In this document: positions 1 through 7,095 of the stretch, one piece after another
Layout: every line of letters begins with the position of its first letter
Numbering within the stretch: position 1 is the first letter of the stretch
IMG/VR virus record: IMGVR_UViG_3300046011_008537
Strand: one strand, 5' to 3'
Length of the DNA: 42,662 nt
From: a virus
Lineage: Duplodnaviria > Heunggongvirae > Uroviricota > Caudoviricetes
Position numbers and translations under genes: made by a program
Notes under the pieces: model-generated
Seen by the model: the letters and a program-made list of their open reading frames with translations, nothing else
Told to the model about the DNA's origin: nothing
The model's database searches: none

Positions 1-480
1 GAAGGACAAGATCCAGTTTTTCTTAGATTGAATTTCTTTGACCCCCCGTTCATGTATATGAATATATACACTTAGGTTTTAAAGAAAAACTGCAACTGGT
101 GCGGGTGTCAGCTACAAAAACTATTACAACTAGAAACTATCCTGTTAAAGATAGTCCGCCGATTATTTATGCTCTGATTGGCTGAAGAAGTGTTGTGGCT
201 AAAATCAACATAGGACGCATAAACAACAGACAAAGGGACCAACCCTAGACTAATGATAACGACACCGATTATCCAGTTGCCGAAAAGTATCCGAATAATA
301 CTTTTACTCTTATTAAGAGTGTCCGCCTCGTCTCAGGAACGGTAATAATCTAGTCGCATATAGATTTTACCTTTTCGGACCTACCGAAGATAAGGGTTTC
401 TTCGGTAAGGTGAGTTGCTATCTCACATTTTGCTAACTAATTGTAGGGTATGGCTGCGACGTTGAGTTCGGGATCAACTT
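1..480. ncRNA. Putative large structured non-coding RNA of unknown class; may extend beyond the left edge
   Basis: No ORF of 60 aa or more; visibly more G+C than the flanks. Perfect long-range stems 14-24/82-92 (CAGTTTTTCTT/AAGAAAAACTG), 92-99/273-280 (GCAACTGG/CCAGTTGC) and 104-109/261-266 (GGTGTC/GACACC). Many local hairpins, e.g. ACTATC/GATAGT, AAAAGTAT/ATACTTTT, ACTCTT/AAGAGT, ACCGAAGA/TCTTCGGT, GTGAG/CTCAC, GTTGA/TCAAC. Confidence 0.55.
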
Positions 481-485
481 GAAGT

Positions 486-514
486 AGTTTATTATATAAA
501 TTCTATTTAGTCAA
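486..514 (-). promoter_or_regulatory. Possible sigma70-type promoter (TTGACT-N17-TAAACT) firing into the structured region
   Basis: Minus-strand TTGACT at 514-509, 17-nt spacer, TAAACT at 491-486; predicted +1 near 479, just before the first hairpin. Confidence 0.35.
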
Positions 515-1153
515 GACTTTTTTCTTACACTTATCAAAATGATATCGTTGCATATTAGTTGCTCCTCCAGTTTTATAGCAATAAGGGCATGTAATTTTTA
601 GTTGTGGAATACCTTTTAATGAAGATGGTTTACTTTTCATAATAATGGATAATTTTATTTTAGTTTCTTCTAAACATGGTTTCCCTTTATTTGCATTTGA
701 CAATTTTATTCTATGTTCTTTTGTAGGCGATTTTCCTTTATTAGATGTAGATATCTTATCTCTATGCTCTTTAGAGTTTGTTTTGTTATATCTCGGGTGA
801 TTTTCTCGTGACATATTCATACCATAAAACCCATTTGGTTGGGCATATGATTTATTGATGAATAATGGGTTTTTAACAACATTAAATAATTTTTGAATTT
901 GCAATTCTTTATAGGTAGCCGATGGTCTAGTATCATGATATGAGATAATTTCAATAGAGAATAAATGTGGGTTGGTTTTTAACTCCAATTCCCATAAAGC
1001 TTTAAATTGTTTAGAACAAACTGAACCCTTATATCCACGTTTAATATTATCTATAGTAGATGATCCAATATAATTTTGAGGAAATTTGTCGCCTGCATAC
1101 GTGGTATGATAAACAACATATTTTTGGTCTGAATATATACTTGTGCTGGTCAT
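503..1153 (-). CDS. GIY-YIG homing endonuclease (Seg-like) with NUMOD3 repeats and a C-terminal Cys/His zinc-finger-like motif
   Basis: VVY...YIGS motif; repeats SKEHRDKISTSNKGK, TKEHRIKLSNANKGK and LEETKIKLS; CPYC...RYHFDKC tail; AGGAG RBS upstream of the ATG. Confidence 0.85.
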   Translation of the reverse strand: MTSTSIYSDQKYVVYHTTYAGDKFPQNYIGSSTIDNIKRGYKGSVCSKQFKALWELELKTNPHLFSIEIISYHDTRPSATYKELQIQKLFNVVKNPLFINKSYAQPNGFYGMNMSRENHPRYNKTNSKEHRDKISTSNKGKSPTKEHRIKLSNANKGKPCLEETKIKLSIIMKSKPSSLKGIPQLKITCPYCYKTGGATNMQRYHFDKCKKKVLTK

Positions 1154-1181
1154 AGGTTACTCCTAGAAAAGAATGATTAGT

Positions 1182-1227
1182 GCTAGTGGAGCCTCGGAAC
1201 TCGCGACTAGCTTTTAGTTTATTTATA
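1182..1227 (-). promoter_or_regulatory. T4 late promoter TATAAATA (1227-1220) plus a leader hairpin upstream of the endonuclease
   Basis: Exact TATAAATA on the minus strand, then GCTAGT-CGCG-AG-TTCCGAGG-CT-CC-ACTAGC (1211-1182); a homologous copy lies at 3513-3558. Confidence 0.75.
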
Positions 1228-1234
1228 AAAATGC

Positions 1235-1263
1235 TTGCTTTATTTTTATATATAACGTATAAT
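1235..1263 (+). promoter_or_regulatory. Sigma70-type early promoter
   Basis: TTGCTT (1235-1240), 17-nt spacer, TATAAT (1258-1263). Confidence 0.7.
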
Positions 1264-1287
1264 AATATTTTTTAATGGAGTTTGTTT

Positions 1288-1623
1288 ATGTTTATAGTTA
1301 AATCGAAAAATCAGTTTGGTGAGGAAATCTTAGTAAATCCAGAAAAAATTGCTTATGCAGTTCCTTCTTCTGGAGGTCAAGAAACAGTTATCTTTTTTGA
1401 TAATGATACTCATATCAGTGTATTAGAGTCATTTGTTGATTTTAAAAAAAGGTATGCTAAACCTACAGTTAAACTTTCTGTTGAGAAGGATGTCGTTTTT
1501 ACTGAAGAATTGGTTAATGCTGCTAATGCATATCCAGAACACTTACCTCGTCTACCAACAGGAAATGTCGATAAACGTACTAATCAATATAAAGAATGGA
1601 TTGCATCGAAAGAAGCTGCATAA
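1288..1623 (+). CDS. Hypothetical protein; N-terminus resembles FlbD-family small beta proteins
   Basis: ORF track 1282-1623; ATG at 1288 lies 7 nt after GGAG. GEEILVNPEKIAY...TVIFF...ISVLESF pattern. Confidence 0.6.
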   Translation: MFIVKSKNQFGEEILVNPEKIAYAVPSSGGQETVIFFDNDTHISVLESFVDFKKRYAKPTVKLSVEKDVVFTEELVNAANAYPEHLPRLPTGNVDKRTNQYKEWIASKEAA

Positions 1624-1658
1624 ATAAATAATCATATTATCCCTATTGGAATTAAATT

Positions 1659-1931
1659 GTGCCAATCTATCCATTAAAAAATACTGAAACTGGCGAAATC
1701 TTTGAGAAAATTATGAAGATTGCCGAATATGAAGAATATGTTAAAGATAATCCTCATATTCAAAGATATTATGATTCTGAATGTTCAAAAACTAGTTTCG
1801 GCGACCCAGTTAGACTAGGAATTAAAAAACCGCCTGCTGATTTTATGAAAGGCGTTATTGGGAGAATGAAAGAGTCTATCCCTGGAAATACACTCCATGA
1901 TAGAAAGTTTCAAATTCCAAAGGAATATTGA
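1659..1931 (+). CDS. FmdB-like (zinc-ribbon-derived) small protein commonly found upstream of phoH in T4-like phages
   Basis: GTG start; MPIYPLKNTETGEIFE...EYVKDNPHI motif; position before phoH. Confidence 0.6.
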   Translation: MPIYPLKNTETGEIFEKIMKIAEYEEYVKDNPHIQRYYDSECSKTSFGDPVRLGIKKPPADFMKGVIGRMKESIPGNTLHDRKFQIPKEY

Positions 1932-1948
1932 GATGTTCGTATAGTAGT

Positions 1949-1992
1949 AAAAAAGACCCGCGAATCGACTAATAATCGGTAAGCGGGTTTTT
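1949..1992. terminator. Hairpin flanked by A and T tracts, probable intrinsic terminator or processing site
   Basis: AAAAAAG-ACCCGC...GCGGGT-TTTT in the intergenic gap before phoH; the loop is long (21 nt). Confidence 0.45.
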
Positions 1993-2020
1993 CACTTTAA
2001 ATCAACCATAAAAGGAATTT

Positions 2021-2725
2021 ATGTTAAAACCTAAAAACAGATCTAAAAAATCAGCAAATAGAGTTTCTGCATTGCATTTTGAATTAAAAAAAATCTATCC
2101 AATGACAGAAAACCAAAAGAAAGTGTTTGATTTGTATGATGAAGGAAAGAACCTAGTCGTGTATGGTAGTGCTGGTTCTGGAAAAAGTTTTTTAAGTTTA
2201 TATCTAGGTCTAAAAGAAATGCTTGATGAAGCGGCATTTAGTAAAATCGTAATCCTGCGATCTGCTGTTGCAACTAGGGATTTAGGATTTCTTCCTGGAA
2301 CTGAACGAGAAAAAATATCTGTTTATGAAGCTCCATATCGGTCAATAATTAACGAATTATTTGGTCGCGCTGATGCTTATGATATTATGAAACAAAAAGA
2401 TATTATCGAATTTGAATCCTCTTCATTTTTGAGAGGTTTAACATATGCCAATTGTTTAATTTTCGTAGATGAAATTCAAAATATGACATTACATGAAATC
2501 TCGACAATCGTAACAAGATTAGGGGAAAATTCAAAAATTATTTTTGCTGGGGACGTTCGTCAGTCAGATTTAAATGAACGAAAAGAAAATTCAGGAGTTA
2601 AAGATTTAATTTCTATTGCCACAATTATGTCTGAATTTTCTTTAGTTGAATTTACTGTTGACGACATCGTGCGTTCAGATATCGTTAAAAGTTTTCTTAT
2701 TGCTAAAGAAAAATTAAATTTATAG
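2021..2725 (+). CDS. phoH: PhoH-family ATPase
   Basis: Walker A GSAGSGKS; RDLGFLPG, FLRGLT, DEIQN and GDVRQSD motifs characteristic of PhoH. Confidence 0.95.
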   Translation: MLKPKNRSKKSANRVSALHFELKKIYPMTENQKKVFDLYDEGKNLVVYGSAGSGKSFLSLYLGLKEMLDEAAFSKIVILRSAVATRDLGFLPGTEREKISVYEAPYRSIINELFGRADAYDIMKQKDIIEFESSSFLRGLTYANCLIFVDEIQNMTLHEISTIVTRLGENSKIIFAGDVRQSDLNERKENSGVKDLISIATIMSEFSLVEFTVDDIVRSDIVKSFLIAKEKLNL

Positions 2726-2726
2726 A

Positions 2727-3476
2727 TTAAATGTGTTTATGGTTTTTAAATATCCAACCAGTATTTATTCCATATTTCGATATTTTACCATTAGAACCTT
2801 TTGCTGAACTATAATTTAAATTGTGTTCTTTACAAAATTCTTTTAATCGTGTAGTTTTATATTCTTGATTAAATTTGGTGTTTATACATACCCACTTATA
2901 TGATTGACTTTCGGATATTTTTGGGTATGTTTTCCCTGTTCTACTAATTGATAAATTTTTCTTGTGTTCTTCGGATTTTTTTATTCCAGTTAATGCAATT
3001 GATATATTATTTTTTTGTTGTTTGGTTCTACTTTGCCCGTTATTTGCAATTGATTTTTTTATACTGGATTCAATAGACATAACTTTTCCTGTTTGCGCAA
3101 GACTCATTTTTATTTTAGTTTGTTCTGATATTGTTTCTGAATTTGATCCTCCATCCAATCCATTTTCAAAGATTAAGTTAGCCCAATCATCCGACTCAAC
3201 AATATTATTTTCATAAGAAAAATTTAAAGCAAAAGAAACTAATTCATCTATATTGGTAAACAATTTATACCATTTGGTTTCAATATATTGTTTTCCATAT
3301 TTTTGTATATGTGATTTCCAATACTTACCTGACCCAAGATATTTTATTGGATTATTTCTCGTAGTTTTACAAAAATATTTTTTGCCTGTAATTTGATGCT
3401 GCTTGATCATCAAATATGTTGGTTTAAATTTTGAACGTTGATATTCTGTAATAATATAAGTATTTGTGCTGAACAT
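2727..3476 (-). CDS. Free-standing GIY-YIG-variant homing endonuclease with NUMOD3 repeats
   Basis: TYLMIKQHQITGKKYFCKT...YLGSGKYW...WANLIFENGLDGG catalytic domain; SEQTKIKMS and SEEHKKNLS repeats; GGAG RBS. Confidence 0.8.
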   Translation of the reverse strand: MFSTNTYIITEYQRSKFKPTYLMIKQHQITGKKYFCKTTRNNPIKYLGSGKYWKSHIQKYGKQYIETKWYKLFTNIDELVSFALNFSYENNIVESDDWANLIFENGLDGGSNSETISEQTKIKMSLAQTGKVMSIESSIKKSIANNGQSRTKQQKNNISIALTGIKKSEEHKKNLSISRTGKTYPKISESQSYKWVCINTKFNQEYKTTRLKEFCKEHNLNYSSAKGSNGKISKYGINTGWIFKNHKHI

Positions 3477-3512
3477 TAATGTTCTCCATGAATATTGTAA
3501 GGAATGTTTAGT

Positions 3513-3558
3513 GCTACTGGGAATTGGCGTTCCGCGAGTAGCTTTTTTATTATTTATA
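3513..3558 (-). promoter_or_regulatory. T4 late promoter TATAAATA (3558-3551) plus a leader hairpin upstream of the second endonuclease
   Basis: Exact TATAAATA, then GCTACT-CGCG-GAA-CGCCAA-TTC-CC-AGTAGC (3542-3513). Confidence 0.75.
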
Positions 3559-3578
3559 GTTTAATAGAGAGAAATAAA

Positions 3579-4229
3579 ATGAATTTTTGTCATGTTAATA
3601 TTGAATTAACGGAATACCCAAGAGTTGATATAAATGGTAGCAGGCACTATCAAATAGGTCATAAATGTTATCCATCTATTACCAATGTCTTGGGTTCCAC
3701 TGCTGATAAAACTTATCTTAATGAATGGCGGAAACGCATTGGAGATAACGAAGCTGATCGTATTTCCGCCAATTCATCTAAAAGAGGAACTAATCTTCAC
3801 CTAATGTGCGAAGATTACCTCAACAATAGACCTCTTTCTTGTAAAATGCCTGATGCATTAGAAATGTTCTATTCGCTTAAACCTGTTTTAAATAGAATTA
3901 ACAACATTCATTGTCAAGAAGCAACTCTATACAGCGATAAATTGCAAATTGCTGGAACTGTTGATTGTATTGCTGAGTTTGATGGATTATTATCTGTAAT
4001 TGATTTTAAGAATTCCCGTAGGGATAAAAAAGAAGAGTGGATTCAAGATTATTTACTACAAGAAACTTTTTATGCCCTAGCATATCAAGAAATGACTGGT
4101 AGTAAAATTAAACAGATCGTGACAGTAATTGCGGTTGAAGATCGAAAACCTCAAGTTTTCGTCAAGGAAATTAGACCTTATATCAAGCCATTAGTTGAGC
4201 GAAAAAAGTTATATTTAAATAAATATTAG
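3579..4229 (+). CDS. PD-(D/E)XK (Cas4-like/lambda-type) exonuclease of T4-like phages
   Basis: YPSIT.VL, EWRKRIG, RGTNLH, AGTVDCIAE, IDFKNS motifs. True start taken as ATG 3579; the track start at 3504 runs through the antisense regulatory hairpin. Confidence 0.85.
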   Translation: MNFCHVNIELTEYPRVDINGSRHYQIGHKCYPSITNVLGSTADKTYLNEWRKRIGDNEADRISANSSKRGTNLHLMCEDYLNNRPLSCKMPDALEMFYSLKPVLNRINNIHCQEATLYSDKLQIAGTVDCIAEFDGLLSVIDFKNSRRDKKEEWIQDYLLQETFYALAYQEMTGSKIKQIVTVIAVEDRKPQVFVKEIRPYIKPLVERKKLYLNKY

Positions 4230-4252
4230 ATACACATTTATTAAGGATTAAT

Positions 4253-5122
4253 ATGAAAACTTTTAAACAATTTATTTTTGAATCAGAAAAACCAAAAGAA
4301 TACGAAATAATTTCCAATAGTCATGGAACTCATGCTTCTCTAGATAAACATACTAAAAAGCCATATCATGACAAACCAAAAGAATATGAAATAATTTCTA
4401 ATAGTCATGGATCTCATGCAAGTAAACCAACAAAACTAAAAGAAAATACTGAGCATCCTAGTTTTGAAGAGCATTTTTTACCTAAAATTAAATCTGCTGA
4501 TGATCGCATCAAATTTAATAAAGGTATGGATGATCATATGGATAATTTGCACGAAACTCATCCTCATTCAGCTAGAGGAGAATTTCATCAAAATTTTTTC
4601 ACGCAAGGTTCTTCGGGTATAACTGCAGATTTAATTGGTCATCATACAGAAGGTACACCATTAAAACATGGTAAATTTGTAAACGATTTGGATAAACATG
4701 GGTTCGTACCAGCTAAACATAAATTCGATACCTATTCTGGTGTTGGTTTTAATATTAAAAACGCAGAGCCAGCTGGAAAAAGTAAACAAGGTAATTCAGT
4801 TTATCATCAACCGACTTATCTATCTTCTTCTATCGATAAAAATGTCGCTCGTTCTTTTGCGTTTACTGCTGCTAGTCGAAATAGATCCAAAGATGTTCAT
4901 ATATTGCATTGGCATCACAATGAACACGATCCAGTTGGCGTTGTTGGTAAGCATAGCCAATATTCTCATGAACACGAAGTATTAATTCCCAGAACAGAAA
5001 CTACTGCTTCAAGACATCATATTGAACATATGAGAACTGACAAATATAGCGATAATTATGATAACATAATTCATGTTCATCACGTTAAAAGAGTTCCTGA
5101 ATCGGAAATAGTAAAAGGCTAA
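4253..5122 (+). CDS. ADP-ribosyltransferase (Alt/exoenzyme-like fold) with a putative capsid-targeting N-terminus
   Basis: YLSSSIDKNVARSF (STS motif) and EHEVLIPR (ExE motif); N-terminus MKTFKQFIFE resembles T4 internal-protein MKTYQEFIAE; His-rich. Confidence 0.7.
   Translation: MKTFKQFIFESEKPKEYEIISNSHGTHASLDKHTKKPYHDKPKEYEIISNSHGSHASKPTKLKENTEHPSFEEHFLPKIKSADDRIKFNKGMDDHMDNLHETHPHSARGEFHQNFFTQGSSGITADLIGHHTEGTPLKHGKFVNDLDKHGFVPAKHKFDTYSGVGFNIKNAEPAGKSKQGNSVYHQPTYLSSSIDKNVARSFAFTAASRNRSKDVHILHWHHNEHDPVGVVGKHSQYSHEHEVLIPRTETTASRHHIEHMRTDKYSDNYDNIIHVHHVKRVPESEIVKG
4289..4419 (+). repeat. 47-bp direct repeat pair (4289-4335 and 4373-4419) encoding KPKEYEIISNSHG(T/S)HA
   Basis: Two copies 84 bp apart with 3 mismatches. 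Confidence 0.95.
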
Positions 5123-5123
5123 T

Positions 5124-5849
5124 ATGAAAACGTTTAAACAATTAAAAGAAGAGTTGATTAAAGTATCTGGACAAAAAGGGTCAAATCCAGGTGGCACATA
5201 TAGGGATACTAAGAAAAATACTGAACATTATATTAAACATCCAGATAATCCAGATCAAGCAAAAACAGAAGTTTTATCTTCTAAACTTCATGAATTAATG
5301 GGAATTCACACACTTAAACCTAAATTAGTTAATATTGAACATAATAAAACTTCAGTATCAACAGAATTTAATCATAATCTTGAACCAGTTACCTCTAAAC
5401 ATATTCCCCATTTAACTAGCAAACACCATAAACAATTAGGTAAAATCTATGCTGCTGGTGTTCTTACTAAAAATTGGGATGCAATGGGAACTGGAATTGA
5501 ATATGGTCAAGGAAACGTTTCCCTAGATAAAAAGAAAGGTCATCTTGTTTCAACAGACCAAGGCGGATCTTTTAATTTTAGAGCACAGGGCGGACATAAA
5601 GATTATGGACATGATATAGCAGAAAAAGATTCTTTGAAAAACCCTAGTATGTCAGAGGGAGCTAAGTTCTTTAATAAAGCAATGGAACATCCTGGAGTTC
5701 GAGAACATGTTGTTAACTCATTAAAAAGTATGCACCCAGATAAAGTTCATAAGGCGTTTAAATCCTCTGGATTAAGTAACTGGGAAGAATTACATAATAA
5801 TTTTAAACAAAGACATAAAAAACTGCTTGACAATCTAGAATCTTCGTAG
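5124..5849 (+). CDS. Atypical kinase-like protein (HipA/PI3-PI4K-like fold) with a putative capsid-targeting N-terminus
   Basis: Gly-rich loop QKGSNPGG, HYIK lysine, helix-C EVL, catalytic NWD...GN, metal-binding DQG; begins MKTFKQLKEE. Confidence 0.6.
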   Translation: MKTFKQLKEELIKVSGQKGSNPGGTYRDTKKNTEHYIKHPDNPDQAKTEVLSSKLHELMGIHTLKPKLVNIEHNKTSVSTEFNHNLEPVTSKHIPHLTSKHHKQLGKIYAAGVLTKNWDAMGTGIEYGQGNVSLDKKKGHLVSTDQGGSFNFRAQGGHKDYGHDIAEKDSLKNPSMSEGAKFFNKAMEHPGVREHVVNSLKSMHPDKVHKAFKSSGLSNWEELHNNFKQRHKKLLDNLESS

Positions 5850-5855
5850 TATAAT
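5827..5855 (+). promoter_or_regulatory. Consensus sigma70 promoter
   Basis: TTGACA (5827-5832), 17 nt, TATAAT (5850-5855). Confidence 0.85.
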
Positions 5856-5888
5856 AAATTTATGTTAACTTTGAGCGGGAATTAAATT

Positions 5889-6245
5889 ATGTGGATATGT
5901 ACAAATTATGGGTTTTTTAGTATTGTTAAAGTAAATCCATTATATATAAATGATGGTGATAATGCTGTAAATGAAGTTTTTGCTATTAGAGCTAGAGATA
6001 TAAAACATTTACAGCACGGGTTTCCAAATAAAAAAGTTTTTCAATACCCTAACTCAGATTATGGATACAGGGTATATTTGACTGTAGAAGAATTAAATGA
6101 ATTTTTGTTAAATGAAGTTCAACAAATAAATTATGCTAACTTTAAAAATTCAGTTAAAGATTCCAAATTACATAAATTCTTTAGTGAGATTTGGTATTTG
6201 GGAGTTTCTATTTTATGCGATAAACCTAATAATCGGAGGGTATAA
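5889..6245 (+). CDS. Conserved phage hypothetical protein
   Basis: MWI...GFFSIV...IRAR...DY.YRV...INY.NFK pattern recognised as a recurrent phage family of unknown function; own early promoter. Confidence 0.7.
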   Translation: MWICTNYGFFSIVKVNPLYINDGDNAVNEVFAIRARDIKHLQHGFPNKKVFQYPNSDYGYRVYLTVEELNEFLLNEVQQINYANFKNSVKDSKLHKFFSEIWYLGVSILCDKPNNRRV

Positions 6246-6248
6246 ATA
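6241..6248 (+). promoter_or_regulatory. T4 late promoter
   Basis: Exact TATAAATA overlapping the upstream stop codon, ahead of the hydrolase gene. Confidence 0.7.
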
Positions 6249-6379
6249 CTCCTATATCATTAAGTTTTGAAATTTTTTAACAAAATTAGTAGCTTTTCAG
6301 GAAAAGATAAGTCCTAATTTCATAATTAAAAGTATTCCGCTGTGACTGTATTGGATACTTTTTAAGGAGAAAAACAAAG

Positions 6380-6871
6380 ATGTATTCAATTGCGAAAAAG
6401 GCGATAATTCTTGCTATTCTAATAATAATATCAAAAGCGAGTTTCGCAGAATCGTTATATGACGAATCAGAAAAAACGTGCTTGGCTAAAGTAATTTATC
6501 ATGAAACCAGAGGAGAACCGCTATCTGGTAAAAAAGGTGTAGCTAAAGTTGTCTTAAATCGAAAATCCGATAAACATTTTCCCAAAACAATATGTTCAGT
6601 AGTTAATGAAATTACTACTCGTAAAGGGAGAAAAGTCTGTCAATTTTCATGGGTATGTACCCGACCCAAAATTAAATGGGGTAGTGCTGAGTGGAAAAAT
6701 AGTTTAGAATTATCTAATGATATTCTAAGCAACAAGGTTTCTCTTCCAGACTTTGGTTTAAATGTATTGTTCTTCAGAAGTATTTACTGTAGAAAGGGGT
6801 TTGGAAAGGGTAATTACAAGCTAGTGTCAAAACTAGGTAAAACTAACTTTTATACAAAGAAGATTGCTTAA
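6380..6871 (+). CDS. SleB/Hydrolase_2 cell wall hydrolase with a signal-peptide-like N-terminus
   Basis: CLAKVIYHETRGE...VAKVVLNR...FPKTICSVV...CQFSW; hydrophobic N-terminal helix; AAGGAG RBS. Confidence 0.9.
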   Translation: MYSIAKKAIILAILIIISKASFAESLYDESEKTCLAKVIYHETRGEPLSGKKGVAKVVLNRKSDKHFPKTICSVVNEITTRKGRKVCQFSWVCTRPKIKWGSAEWKNSLELSNDILSNKVSLPDFGLNVLFFRSIYCRKGFGKGNYKLVSKLGKTNFYTKKIA

Positions 6872-7095
6872 TGGAAAACTTTGAAGAAATGCATAAATTC
6901 TCGAATATTATTTTTGATAAAGTAAAATCGAGTAAACTAGAGTATCTGGATGCAATTGTATCGTACTGCTCGGAAAAGGAATTGGAAGTTGATTCGATTA
7001 TATCGCTGATATCTCCAGCTCTTAAATCTAAAATGGAAGAAGAAGCTATTGGGCTGAGGTTGATAAAAAATTCATCTCCGCGCTTGACTTTTTAA
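6871..7095 (+). CDS. gp33: Late-promoter transcription coactivator gp33
   Basis: YLDAIVSYC.E..LE...I..LI...LKSKMEEEA motif; directly upstream of gp59 and gp32. Confidence 0.85.
   Translation: MENFEEMHKFSNIIFDKVKSSKLEYLDAIVSYCSEKELEVDSIISLISPALKSKMEEEAIGLRLIKNSSPRLTF

Noticed and set aside
1-480. tmRNA, RNase P RNA, tRNA or hammerhead ribozyme
   Set aside because: No tRNA-like ends or CCA, no GAGGAAAGUCC/P4 pair (AAGATAGTCCG is tied up in a local hairpin), and no CUGAUGA core.
1-1230. Group I intron carrying the GIY-YIG gene
   Set aside because: GACTA (248-252) and TAGTC (351-355) mimic P7, but no interrupted gene flanks the region, the upstream neighbour is divergent, and the endonuclease has its own promoter.
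2021-2725. phoH as a novel auxiliary metabolic gene
   Set aside because: It is a well-known, widespread gene in T4-like aquatic phages.
3504-3578. N-terminal extension of the exonuclease given in the ORF track
   Set aside because: It overlaps the antisense promoter and hairpin; the family-like sequence begins at ATG 3579. Track starts at 7770, 18215 and 41910 were shortened for similar reasons.
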